From: Candidatus Saccharimonadales bacterium
Lineage (GTDB): Bacteria > Patescibacteriota > Saccharimonadia > Saccharimonadales > 2-12-FULL-41-12
Direction: 5' to 3'
Assembly: GCA_040900025.1 (NCBI GenBank)
Contig: JBBDZT010000022.1
Coordinates: forward strand, 1-35,532
Length of the DNA: 35,532 bases
Shown piece by piece: positions 24,724 through 34,108 of the stretch. The notes under the pieces were generated by a model, which saw only the letters and a list, made by a program, of their open reading frames with translations, was not told the origin of the DNA and ran no database searches. The translations under genes were made by a program, and so were the position numbers. How positions within the stretch are numbered: position 1 is the first letter of the stretch; each line of letters opens with the position of its first letter.

Positions 24724-25851
24724 ATGAAAGTAGGACTAATTTGCCCTTACAATGTTTTCCGCGGTGGCGGAGTACAAGAGTATGTACTTGGTATTCGCGA
24801 CGGTTTAACAGCCGCAGGTCATCAGGCCTGGGTAATAACACCTCAACCCAGAGGCTATAAAGGACCAAAGATACCCGGCATTATCATGCTAGGCGGATCG
24901 GCTCCTATAAGAGCATTCCATACCTATGCCCAAGTATCAGCCAGCGTCGATATAGACAAGCTTGATGAAGCTTTAAGGACCTATAAGTTCGATATCCTGC
25001 ATTTTCATGAGCCTTGGGTGCCAATGCTATCAAGGCAGATACTAGGAAAATCCGATGCTATCAATATAGGTACGTTTCATGCCGCGATGAGCGAGAGAAG
25101 AACCAGTAGAACGCTTGAAAGAGTCATCACCCCATACACAAAGCCTCTTTTGAAGCGTCTGGATATATTAACAGCCGTATCCCCGGTAGCTACGAATTAT
25201 GTAAAATCCCTTACAACCCGAAAAATTTATATCATACCGAACGGTATAAACCTTAAAAAATACAAGCCTGAGAATCCTCACGAACCGGAAGGATCTTCAA
25301 AAACTATCTTCTATATAGGCAGGTTGGAAAAGCGAAAAGCCGTTGACCAGCTCTTGAAAGCTTTTTCGATAATTCAAAAATTCGATAACAGGTATCATTT
25401 AAAAATTGCCGGTGACGGCCCTCAAAAAACCGAATTGGAGGAATTAAGCAAGGATTTGAAATTAAAAAACATAGAATTTTTAGGCCAAATCGACGAAGCC
25501 GACAAAATAAAACTCCTGCAAACTTCCGACGTGTTTTGTTCGCCTGCCTTATACGGCGAAAGTTTCGGGATAGTGCTGCTGGAAGCGATGGCTGCCGGGT
25601 GCGTTATAGTGGCCGGTGCTAATGCCGGATATGAGTCGGTTTTAAGCGGAACGGGACAACTATCCCTGGCAAACCCGAAGGATAGCAAAGAATTTGCCCG
25701 AAAACTTATGATAATGGCTACAAACCAGGCTATTCGAAAGGTTTGGCTTGAATGGGCGGAATCTGAAGCCACCCATTACAGCTACGATAATATAGTTAAA
25801 AAATATTTAATGCTTTATAAGCTGGCCTATGACAAAAGACATAACAGCTAA
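24724..25851 (+). CDS. GT4 glycosyltransferase, PimA-like
   Basis: 375 aa with MKVGLICPYNVFRGGGVQEYVLGIRDGLTAAGH, FDILHFHEP and GESFGIVLLEAMAAG (EX7E). This layout closely parallels actinobacterial phosphatidylinositol mannosyltransferase PimA. Confidence 0.85.
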   Translation: MKVGLICPYNVFRGGGVQEYVLGIRDGLTAAGHQAWVITPQPRGYKGPKIPGIIMLGGSAPIRAFHTYAQVSASVDIDKLDEALRTYKFDILHFHEPWVPMLSRQILGKSDAINIGTFHAAMSERRTSRTLERVITPYTKPLLKRLDILTAVSPVATNYVKSLTTRKIYIIPNGINLKKYKPENPHEPEGSSKTIFYIGRLEKRKAVDQLLKAFSIIQKFDNRYHLKIAGDGPQKTELEELSKDLKLKNIEFLGQIDEADKIKLLQTSDVFCSPALYGESFGIVLLEAMAAGCVIVAGANAGYESVLSGTGQLSLANPKDSKEFARKLMIMATNQAIRKVWLEWAESEATHYSYDNIVKKYLMLYKLAYDKRHNS

Positions 25852-26980
25852 GCTAAAGATAGGTTTTCTTTTAGATGACGGCTTAGACAAACCGGACGGC
25901 GTACAGCAATATATATTAACTCTTGGCGAATGGTTTCAGCATAATGGCCACGAAGTCAGATACCTCGTAGGAGAATCAAAAAGAAACGATATTCCGGAGC
26001 TTATAGAGCTGTCTAAAAACCTGAAAGTTACATTCAACGGCAATAAATTGTCCGTACCATTTTGGTCTAAAACCAGAAAAATAAAAGAAACTATTGAAGA
26101 AGAAAAATTTGATGTGATTCATGTCCAAGTTCCCTTTTCACCCCTGATGGGCAACCGTGTGATTAATAACTTGCCTAAAAACACCGCGGTTATCGGGACA
26201 TTCCACATTTTGCCGCTAAAGGATTCGTTTTTTTACCGTTTGGGCAACAAAGCGACAGCTTTAAGTATAAAGTCCGGGCTCAGAAGAATCGATAAGCATT
26301 TTTCAGTATCCAAGCCCGCGCAAAAATTTTCTAAGGAAGTATATAAAATTGATAGTGATGTTTTACCAAACCCGGTAAGACTAGGAAAGATTTTGCTCAA
26401 AAGCAAAGATTTCAGCAGAATATCTAAATTCAAGATCGCATTTCTAGGCAGATTAGTGTCGAGGAAAGGCTGCATGACCTTACTTGAGGCCATCGACAAC
26501 TTAGACGAAGAACATAAAAAGAAAGTCCAAGTAAAAATTGGCGGTACGGGTTCTGATCGCAAGACGCTGGAGAATTTTGTAAAAACGCGAGGGCTGGGCA
26601 ATATCGTAAAATTCTACGGATTCATTGAAGAAGACGACAAGCACAGATTTTTAAATGAATCGGATATGGCAGTTTTCCCTTCAAAAGGCGGAGAAAGCTT
26701 CGGCATCGTACTAACAGAAGCAATGGCCGCTCAAGGACCTATAGTATTAGCCGGCGACAACCCGGGCTACAGAAGCGTATTAGAAAACGATAAGTTGCTT
26801 TTCAACCCAAATAGTTTTGCGGAGCTTTCATCAAAAATCACTGGATTTATGGATAATCCCTCAAGCATGAATACAGCGTTTACTTACCAGCAAAAGCTTG
26901 TTAAAAACTACGATATCAACAAAATCGGCGAGAGACTACTTGTCAACTTTCGTTTGATAGTTCAAAATAAGAACAAATGA
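25829..26980 (+). CDS. GT4 glycosyltransferase (second, PimA/PimB-like)
   Basis: 383 aa with DGVQQYILTLGEWFQHNGHEV, FDVIHVQVPF and GESFGIVLTEAMAA. It overlaps the upstream GT4 gene by 23 nt. Confidence 0.85.
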   Translation: MTKDITAKLKIGFLLDDGLDKPDGVQQYILTLGEWFQHNGHEVRYLVGESKRNDIPELIELSKNLKVTFNGNKLSVPFWSKTRKIKETIEEEKFDVIHVQVPFSPLMGNRVINNLPKNTAVIGTFHILPLKDSFFYRLGNKATALSIKSGLRRIDKHFSVSKPAQKFSKEVYKIDSDVLPNPVRLGKILLKSKDFSRISKFKIAFLGRLVSRKGCMTLLEAIDNLDEEHKKKVQVKIGGTGSDRKTLENFVKTRGLGNIVKFYGFIEEDDKHRFLNESDMAVFPSKGGESFGIVLTEAMAAQGPIVLAGDNPGYRSVLENDKLLFNPNSFAELSSKITGFMDNPSSMNTAFTYQQKLVKNYDINKIGERLLVNFRLIVQNKNK

Positions 26981-28071
26981 GTTCAAATAAACTGCCTGAA
27001 CGGACAAAAATTGAACTGGATACGGGCTCGATAATTAGAGCCATAGCTATAGTTATCGGCGCTTTGTTGGTGCTTTCTTTCGTAAAGATAATTTCGCATG
27101 CTTTGACGCTTATTTTTGTAGCCTTCTTTCTAGCTATGGCGCTGAACCCGGCAGTCAGTTTTATAGCTAGAAGTTTAAAAAGCAGTGGAAGAGTAATGGC
27201 CACGGGTATAGCCTACATACTGGTCATAACTTTCCTTATTGGCTTTTTTGCTGTCGTTGTCCCGCCGTTATTCCGGCAAACGGTAGATTACATCAAAGAC
27301 GTGCCTTCCGCCATAGCCTCTTTTCAGTCCGGCGACACTACTGTCAGCAGGCTTGTAGAAGATTACAATTTAAACGACCAGATAGATCAGTTTGCAGATG
27401 ACTTTAAAAACCAATTCAGTAATGTAGGCGAACCCGTGCTTTCGACTGCTAATAGAGTCGGTTCAATTGTTGTTTCGACGATAGTGGTTTTCGTATTGAC
27501 GTTTATGATGCTGGTAGAAGGTCCGGTCTGGTTGAAAAAGTTTTTTGACGCTCAGCCAAAAAATAAGCGTGAAAAGCGTAAAAGAATTGCTCAAAAAATA
27601 TATAAGCAAGTCACAGGATACGTTAACGGGCAAGTTCTGGTGGCTATCATAGCCGGAATATTTGCGTTCATAGCGTTGGTTATAGGAGCGAGTGTTTTCA
27701 ACGAAGATATAAACGAGGTTGCCCTTGCGGCCATAGTCGCATTATTTGCTTTATTACCGCTCATAGGAGCTACACTGGGCGCGATTATAGCTATATTCGC
27801 CTGTCTGCTGGTGTCTCTGCCCCTTGCTATAGCTATGGCCGTGTACTTTATTATTTATCAGCAGATTGAAAATGCGACGGTACAACCGTTTATACAGTCT
27901 AGAAGTAGCAGCTTGACGCCTTTAATTGTGTTTATTTCTGCGCTTATAGGCGTTAGCTTAGGTGGGCTCTTAGGCGCTTTTGTAGCTATTCCTGTTGCCG
28001 GCACCATTAAAATATTGCTGGAAGAATACTATTTGAAAAACAGCGCCAGTCCTAGCGCAAAATCAAAGTAG
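26977..28071 (+). CDS. AI-2E family (PerM/UPF0118) transporter
   Basis: 364 aa with about 8 TM helices. It has the family-typical layout, a central cytoplasmic loop and the FFLAMALNPAVSFI block. Its start overlaps the upstream stop (ATGA). Confidence 0.75.
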   Translation: MSSNKLPERTKIELDTGSIIRAIAIVIGALLVLSFVKIISHALTLIFVAFFLAMALNPAVSFIARSLKSSGRVMATGIAYILVITFLIGFFAVVVPPLFRQTVDYIKDVPSAIASFQSGDTTVSRLVEDYNLNDQIDQFADDFKNQFSNVGEPVLSTANRVGSIVVSTIVVFVLTFMMLVEGPVWLKKFFDAQPKNKREKRKRIAQKIYKQVTGYVNGQVLVAIIAGIFAFIALVIGASVFNEDINEVALAAIVALFALLPLIGATLGAIIAIFACLLVSLPLAIAMAVYFIIYQQIENATVQPFIQSRSSSLTPLIVFISALIGVSLGGLLGAFVAIPVAGTIKILLEEYYLKNSASPSAKSK

Positions 28072-28076
28072 TCAGG

Positions 28077-29441
28077 CTATATCCTGGACCATGCCGTACC
28101 ATAATCGGCATCTTTGATGTTAATTCCTTTGCGGACAAGTTCTTCGCGCAGTCTATCTGATTCTGCCCAATTTTTCTCTCTTCGGGCTTCGTCGCGTTTC
28201 CCTATAATCGTTTTTAATCCGCTGCTTATATCGGAGCTATTTGACAGGCACAGCCCAAAGTAGCTATCTATTAACTGTACGGCTTTTGCGATAGCATCGG
28301 AGTCGGGCTGGGCGCCCTCTTCGTCAATTTTTTTAATCATTTTGTATAATATCACTAAGGCTTCTGGCGTTTTGAGATCATTTCGCATGGCGTTTTCAAC
28401 AGCTTCAAGGTCGGATATATAATCTTTTGCCAGCCTGGGGGACTTAAAGTTCTGGAACTGAAGATCTGCCCATGCGGAGAGTTTTTTATAAGAATTGTGC
28501 GCAGCATCAAGTATGTCCCAGGAAAAATCAAGAGAAGATCGGTAATGAGATTGGAGCATCAAAAGCCTTACTGTCATCGGGCTATAGCCCTTCTCTAAAA
28601 CTTCCTGTATAGTTACGAAGTTGTCTTTACTTTTACCCATACGCGAGCCGTCAATATTTAAAAAACCGGAGTGAATCCAGTACCTTACAAAGGGCGATTT
28701 GCCTGACGCGGCTTCCATCTGGGTAATTTCAGCTTCATGATGAGGAAATATGAGATCTACCGCCCCTCCGTGTATATCATACTGCGGTCCGAAAACATTT
28801 TCGGATATAGCGGTGTCTTCAATGTGCCAGCCCGGCCTGCCTTCTCCGAAATCGGCACTCCACACCGGTTCTCCTTTTTTAGAAAATTTCCAAAGACAGA
28901 AATCATTCCATCCCCGTTTTTTATCACTTTGATCTATCCGGCTTTGGGCATCATTTTCTGCAATTTCGGTTCTTTTAGATAACTTTCCGTATTCTTTGAA
29001 TTTGCCGATCTCAAAATATATACCGTCTTCCTCTAAAACATAAGCAAATTTTTTATCCAGAAGCGTTTGAACCTGCTTCTTAATGGTGTCTATGTTGTCC
29101 GTAGCTTTTTCGTAGCTATCCACTGAGGTGTTGTTCAGCACTTCCATGTCTTTGTAATATTCACTCTCAAACTTTGAGCTGATCTCTTCCCAGCTTGCTT
29201 TGGTCTCGTTTGCCTTTAATATAATTTTGTCGTCTATGTCGGTAATATTTTGTAGATAAAAAACTTTGAAACCTTGCGAGCGTAGAGTTCTTGCCAAAAC
29301 ATCCATTTGGATATATGTCTTGGCATGGCCTATATGCGACAAGTCGTATACTGTCGGTCCGCAGACAAACATATTTATTTTCTTATCGATTATAGGCGTA
29401 ATCTCTTCTACTTGTTTGGTTAAAGTATTGTAAAGCTTCAT
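28077..29441 (-). CDS. cysS: Cysteine-tRNA ligase
   Basis: 454 aa with CGPTVYDLSHIGHAKTY (the HIGH motif), RMGKSKDN (KMSKS-type) and the WH.ED block GWHIEDTA. Confidence 0.93.
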   Translation of the reverse strand: MKLYNTLTKQVEEITPIIDKKINMFVCGPTVYDLSHIGHAKTYIQMDVLARTLRSQGFKVFYLQNITDIDDKIILKANETKASWEEISSKFESEYYKDMEVLNNTSVDSYEKATDNIDTIKKQVQTLLDKKFAYVLEEDGIYFEIGKFKEYGKLSKRTEIAENDAQSRIDQSDKKRGWNDFCLWKFSKKGEPVWSADFGEGRPGWHIEDTAISENVFGPQYDIHGGAVDLIFPHHEAEITQMEAASGKSPFVRYWIHSGFLNIDGSRMGKSKDNFVTIQEVLEKGYSPMTVRLLMLQSHYRSSLDFSWDILDAAHNSYKKLSAWADLQFQNFKSPRLAKDYISDLEAVENAMRNDLKTPEALVILYKMIKKIDEEGAQPDSDAIAKAVQLIDSYFGLCLSNSSDISSGLKTIIGKRDEARREKNWAESDRLREELVRKGINIKDADYGTAWSRI

Positions 29442-29445
29442 AATA

Positions 29446-30432
29446 TTATTTTAATTGATTTAGAAGTTCAGAAGCTACCTCAAATGTCTCTGCCTGCAGC
29501 TCGCTTAAACTCCTTCCGTCCGTGACCCTGAATCCGCTGGCATATTGATGGCCGCCGCCACCGAAGTCTTCTGCCAGCTTGGAGCAAATAGGAAATCCCG
29601 CATTAGATCGAAGTTTTGCCGTTATGCGCCCGTTCGGATAGCTTTTAAATGCAGCTGCCAGCTGAACATCTTTTATCTGGCGCATCTCGTCCATAACGAG
29701 CATGGGAGGGTTGTATTCCTGGCTGTATTTCTCTATTTCTTCCCATGGTATCGATACGTGCGCTACCCTTCCGTCCAGAGCGTATTTGATACGTCCTAGT
29801 AATTTTGATTTATATTCTATAAGTTCAGGGGTTTTCTTTGACAGCTCTCTTCTTTTTGCGTCAATTTCATTCAGCAGTACGCCTTTTCCTACCATTTCAG
29901 CTATGATCTGGACACTTTGCTGGCTTACTTGTTCTGTAGTAAGACCTAGACTGTCGCTCAAGATTCCAATGGTGATCAGCTCGGCAACCTCCTTATCAAT
30001 GTTCCACTTGCTACTTTTAGCCAGCTTATATATTAATTCGGTTGTTGACACGGCTTGCTCTATGAAGCTTGCTTTTATGAAATCCATGTTTGTTTCCGTT
30101 GAGTGATGGTCTATTACAACAACTGGTTTAGCTTTTATCCAGCCAAGTTGATTAGTTTTTTCCAGCGTTTCAAGTAAAAGAAGCGAGCTGTTATCGACAA
30201 TAATTGTTAAGTCGAATTTTTTTGGTAGTTCTTTGGAAGCCCTATCCCATCCTTTTATATATTTTAAATATCCGGGTATATCTACGCCGCAGTAAAGAAC
30301 AGGGTCTTTCCCCAGCTTAAATAAAATTTGTTCCAGCGCTATTGCCGAGGACAAGCTATCTGCGTCAGGGTTGTCAGCTTGAACAATTACGATTTTTTCG
30401 GCTTTATCAATACAGTCTTTTACATCTTTCAT
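29446..30432 (-). CDS. DHH/DHHA1 family phosphoesterase (NrnA-like)
   Basis: 328 aa with NPDADSLSS, VVVIDHH and GGGHQYASGF motifs. Confidence 0.85.
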   Translation of the reverse strand: MKDVKDCIDKAEKIVIVQADNPDADSLSSAIALEQILFKLGKDPVLYCGVDIPGYLKYIKGWDRASKELPKKFDLTIIVDNSSLLLLETLEKTNQLGWIKAKPVVVIDHHSTETNMDFIKASFIEQAVSTTELIYKLAKSSKWNIDKEVAELITIGILSDSLGLTTEQVSQQSVQIIAEMVGKGVLLNEIDAKRRELSKKTPELIEYKSKLLGRIKYALDGRVAHVSIPWEEIEKYSQEYNPPMLVMDEMRQIKDVQLAAAFKSYPNGRITAKLRSNAGFPICSKLAEDFGGGGHQYASGFRVTDGRSLSELQAETFEVASELLNQLK

Positions 30433-31028
30433 ATCTTACGCCGCCCCTCTAGTGCTTTGGATAATGTTATCTGGTCGGCATAGCCGATATCAAGCCCTAT
30501 AGGCAGACCCTGGGCTATGCGAGTTATTTTCACTTTGTCCCGGGAAAATATTTTTGAAATATAATGTGCGGTAGTTTCGCCTTCGACGCTGGCGTTCGTG
30601 GCAATTATCAGTTCTTTGACTTTGTCTTCTTTGACCCTTTTTACCAAACCGGTGATGTTAAGAACTTCCGGGCTAACACCGTCAATCGGAGAAATTAATC
30701 CGCCTAAAACGTGGTAGGTGCCTTTATAAGAAGATGTTTTCTCGATAGCAATTACATCAAACGGGTCGGAAACAACCACAATTGTTTTTTTATCCCTGCC
30801 ATCGTCGCTGTACAGCCTTGAAACTTTTTCATTTTTATCTATAAACGCAAATGTTTTCGGGCAAACTTTCACGTCAGTTTTTATTTTTTTAATCGCGTCC
30901 GCGAGTTTCTCACCGGCGCCAGTATCGTTCTGATACAAGAAGTATGCATATCTTTCAGAAGTCCTTGCCCCTACTCCGGGCAAACTTGATATTGCACTAA
31001 TTAGCTCTAAAAGCGCCCTTGGCAGCAT
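30429..31028 (-). CDS. recR: Recombination protein RecR (zinc-finger motif degenerate)
   Basis: 199 aa with an HhH N-terminus (LPGVGARTSERYAYFL) and a Toprim core (VVVSDPFDVIAIEKTSSYKGTYHVLGG, ATNASVEGETTAHYI). Only one of the four expected zinc-finger Cys residues is present. Confidence 0.9.
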   Translation of the reverse strand: MLPRALLELISAISSLPGVGARTSERYAYFLYQNDTGAGEKLADAIKKIKTDVKVCPKTFAFIDKNEKVSRLYSDDGRDKKTIVVVSDPFDVIAIEKTSSYKGTYHVLGGLISPIDGVSPEVLNITGLVKRVKEDKVKELIIATNASVEGETTAHYISKIFSRDKVKITRIAQGLPIGLDIGYADQITLSKALEGRRKI

Positions 31029-31039
31029 ATTATATTACT

Positions 31040-31333
31040 TTATAGCCCAAGGTTTCCAAGCATGCCCATCATTGGCTGCATTTTTTCTGCGGCATATTTT
31101 TGACTTTTATCTATAGCGCTTTTTACGGCTTCTTCAACCCATTTTTCCAATTCGGCTATATCATCAAGATCAACCTTTTCAGGGTCAATATGAATTTTTT
31201 TAATTTTTTGCTCGCCTGTTATTTCCACAATGACTGCTTCGTCGCCAGCGGAAACCTTAATAATTTCTTTTTTAAGTTCTTTCTGCATTTTCTTCACTTT
31301 TAAAAGCATCTTGGCTTGATCAAATCTATTCAT
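31040..31333 (-). CDS. ybaB: YbaB/EbfC nucleoid-associated protein
   Basis: 97 aa with the typical length, KMQKELKK, an (E)ITG(E)QKI(KK)I.IDP core and a Met/Gly-rich tail. It is preceded by AAGGAG-N5-ATG. Confidence 0.85.
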   Translation of the reverse strand: MNRFDQAKMLLKVKKMQKELKKEIIKVSAGDEAVIVEITGEQKIKKIHIDPEKVDLDDIAELEKWVEEAVKSAIDKSQKYAAEKMQPMMGMLGNLGL

Positions 31334-31367
31334 ATTTACTCCTTTTTCTCTTTAATAGTTTAGCAGA

Positions 31368-32690
31368 TTATATAGTTTTTTCTGAGTCCGAGATAGAAAT
31401 AAGATTACCGGCTTTGGGCCAGGCTATGTAATACCTTGCAATACTATAACCGGCAGATAATACAACTACGAATACGATCAAGGACAAACCTAGGTTGCGG
31501 GCTACCGGATTGTTTGGAAATATACTATACCAGTTGTCTAATAAAAATTTTATGCCATAACCAGCCGTCAGGTAGACAATCGGAACAATAAGCGATAGAG
31601 CCGGCAAACCAACAAACGTAATAGTTAGCATCGCGAAAATTAGGCTAACAACCAAGAAGTCGAAACGATGCTTTAGGCGTCTGTCTACGAAAAGTGCGAC
31701 CAGCCCAAACACAAATAGCAGCCAGGTTAAATAATTAATTATCGGTGTGCCTACCAGCCATAAATTTGAATACGGAATACCGTTTAAAAACAGGGCTTCA
31801 AGCGATACTTGCAGATTTTGTCTGAAAGCTTCAACAGTAGTCTGGCTGTCTCCTGCTAATATATGTGAAAAATTATCAGGATATAGTACAAAGCTGACAA
31901 ACAAGGGCAAAATCATTACAGCTGTTAGTATTAGTAATGTCCAAATTTTACCAAGGTTATATTTAATAAGCATTTTTTGCATGAACAGGGGCAGTAAGAC
32001 TATAAAGCCCAATACGGACCAAACAATCCCGGGACTATAAAGGGCGACCGCAAACAATAAAACTGCTACAAAAAGCTTCCATGTCTTCTTATTCTGAGTA
32101 AGTAGGTAATTCAGACAGATAGCAAGAGGAATAAAAATTAAGTAAATATTACTAAAATTTAAGCTTTGGGAAGATAGTATCATCCAGCTTGAGCTTGCAA
32201 AAAGAAAAGTGGTTAAAACGGCTGAATTTCTCCCCAGCCACCGTAAACATACGAAATAAAATAAATAAACAACAATTATGGAAAAAAGGAAGGAATAAAT
32301 CTTTAAAACTAGCGGGCTGCTAAACCCGTTAGATTCACTTAGAAACAAAAAAAGCTTTTGAGGCATATAGGAAGCCTCGCTGAAAATATTGTCGATTGAA
32401 GAAGACTGCCCAACTAGATCCTGATACTGATCGGAGCTGTCAATAAACTTCGAAGCCGGCAGATATAGTGCACAAAGAGCAATAAATACAGAAATTAAAA
32501 CTAATTTTTTTTGGAAAAACTTTTTGTGTTTTTGGCCCGTATTTCCAAAGTTCCTGTTTACCCGGCTAAGCGGCTTGTGTTTTGAATTAACAGTTATTTT
32601 ATCTTGTTTTTTAAGCTGATTTATAGCGGAAAGGTGCCGAGACTGGCCGGCGGGTCGATTTCTTCTATTTTTTACAGGTTTTATATCCAT
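31368..32690 (-). CDS. Polytopic membrane protein, possibly GT-C fold (ArnT/PMT-like) glycosyltransferase
   Basis: 440 aa with a basic cytoplasmic N-tail followed by about 11 TM helices. The family assignment rests on overall topology only. Confidence 0.45.
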   Translation of the reverse strand: MDIKPVKNRRNRPAGQSRHLSAINQLKKQDKITVNSKHKPLSRVNRNFGNTGQKHKKFFQKKLVLISVFIALCALYLPASKFIDSSDQYQDLVGQSSSIDNIFSEASYMPQKLFLFLSESNGFSSPLVLKIYSFLFSIIVVYLFYFVCLRWLGRNSAVLTTFLFASSSWMILSSQSLNFSNIYLIFIPLAICLNYLLTQNKKTWKLFVAVLLFAVALYSPGIVWSVLGFIVLLPLFMQKMLIKYNLGKIWTLLILTAVMILPLFVSFVLYPDNFSHILAGDSQTTVEAFRQNLQVSLEALFLNGIPYSNLWLVGTPIINYLTWLLFVFGLVALFVDRRLKHRFDFLVVSLIFAMLTITFVGLPALSLIVPIVYLTAGYGIKFLLDNWYSIFPNNPVARNLGLSLIVFVVVLSAGYSIARYYIAWPKAGNLISISDSEKTI

Positions 32691-32720
32691 ATTTTTAAAC
32701 TATCACTCAACTTTAACATA

Positions 32721-34076
32721 TTAGGTATCGAACGGCGTGGCCTGTTTTTTCGCCAAGCTTCTAAACCTTTGTTTGTCTCGGTCGAAAAATAGCTCGATTG
32801 AACCTACGGGCCCGTTTCTATGTTTTTTTACAAGTATATCCGTAATATTTTTTCTTTCGGTTTCAGGGTTATAGTAATCTTCGCGGTATATGAAAGCTAC
32901 GACGTCGGAGTCCTGTTCTATAGAGCCTGATTCTCGCAGATCTGCAAGCTGCGGTATTTGCGGGCTGCGGCTCTCGACAGAACGGCTCAACTGGCTTAGA
33001 GCTACCAAAGGTACATTCAGCTCCCTGGCTATCCCTTTTAAGCCCCTGGATATTTCCGAAATCTCTTGAACTCTGTTGCCGGAGTCAGAAGTAAATCGAC
33101 TCCCTCCGCTCATAAGTTGAAGATAGTCGACAATAACCAGTCCCAAAGGTCGTTTATGAGCCTCTCTACGAGCTTTGGTCCTTAAGTCGCTAACCGTAAT
33201 CCCGGGACTGTCATCTATGTATATTTCCGCTTCGCTTAAAGTGCCCATTGCTTGGCCTATTTTTTCAAAATCCGAATCACTCATATTTCCAGTTCTCAGA
33301 TTCCAGGCGTTCACACCGGACTCAGCTGCTAAAAGCCTGTCGACCAACTGTTCTTTGCTCATTTCCAAGCTAAACAATAGAACAGCCTGGTCAGATTTAA
33401 GCGCAACATTGTGGGCAATGTTTAAGGCCAGAGCTGTCTTACCCATGCTGGGACGGGCGGCTAATACTATCAAGTCGCTTTTTTGCAGGCCGGCCAATAT
33501 ATTATCAAGATCTTTGAAGCCTGTAGGTACGCCCCGTATAGTTCCTTTGTCCTTATGTAGTTCATCCAGTCTTTCAAAGCTTTCATCTAAAATATCTTCT
33601 AGGCTCACGATGTCTTGCTTGATCTGATTGTTTGAAACCTCAAATAGCTTGCTTTCTGCTATTTCTATCAGCTCCTGGACATTTTCCGTTTCCCTATGTC
33701 CCAATTCTGATATTTCCTGGCTGGCTTTGATTATTCTCCTTCTTAATGCCTTAGACTCAATAATCTTAGCGTATTCCAAAGCATGCGATGCTGTCGGAAC
33801 AAAATTTGTAAGTTCCGTAAGATAAGACGAACCGCCGACTGCATCCAGCAAACCTTTTTCCTTTAGTTTATTCGATAGAGTCAGAACATCAATAGTTGTT
33901 CTTTTGTCGTAAAGGTCTATGGCCGCCCCAAATATTTTTTTATGTTTTTCGTCGTAAAAATCATCTGCTGTCAGTATGTCGGAAACTTTCACGATAGCAT
34001 CGCTATCTATAAGAAGCGAACCAAGTAAGCTTGCTTCGGCTTCTGTACTATTCGGCGGTTCTTTTGAATTATTCAT
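32721..34076 (-). CDS. dnaB: Replicative DNA helicase
   Basis: 451 aa with the N-terminal EAEASLLGSLLID, Walker A ARPSMGKTALAL, and IVDYLQLM and SQLSR blocks. Confidence 0.95.
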   Translation of the reverse strand: MNNSKEPPNSTEAEASLLGSLLIDSDAIVKVSDILTADDFYDEKHKKIFGAAIDLYDKRTTIDVLTLSNKLKEKGLLDAVGGSSYLTELTNFVPTASHALEYAKIIESKALRRRIIKASQEISELGHRETENVQELIEIAESKLFEVSNNQIKQDIVSLEDILDESFERLDELHKDKGTIRGVPTGFKDLDNILAGLQKSDLIVLAARPSMGKTALALNIAHNVALKSDQAVLLFSLEMSKEQLVDRLLAAESGVNAWNLRTGNMSDSDFEKIGQAMGTLSEAEIYIDDSPGITVSDLRTKARREAHKRPLGLVIVDYLQLMSGGSRFTSDSGNRVQEISEISRGLKGIARELNVPLVALSQLSRSVESRSPQIPQLADLRESGSIEQDSDVVAFIYREDYYNPETERKNITDILVKKHRNGPVGSIELFFDRDKQRFRSLAKKQATPFDT

Positions 34077-34108
34077 GGTTACAAAACTTCAGTGAGGACT
34101 TTGATGCT

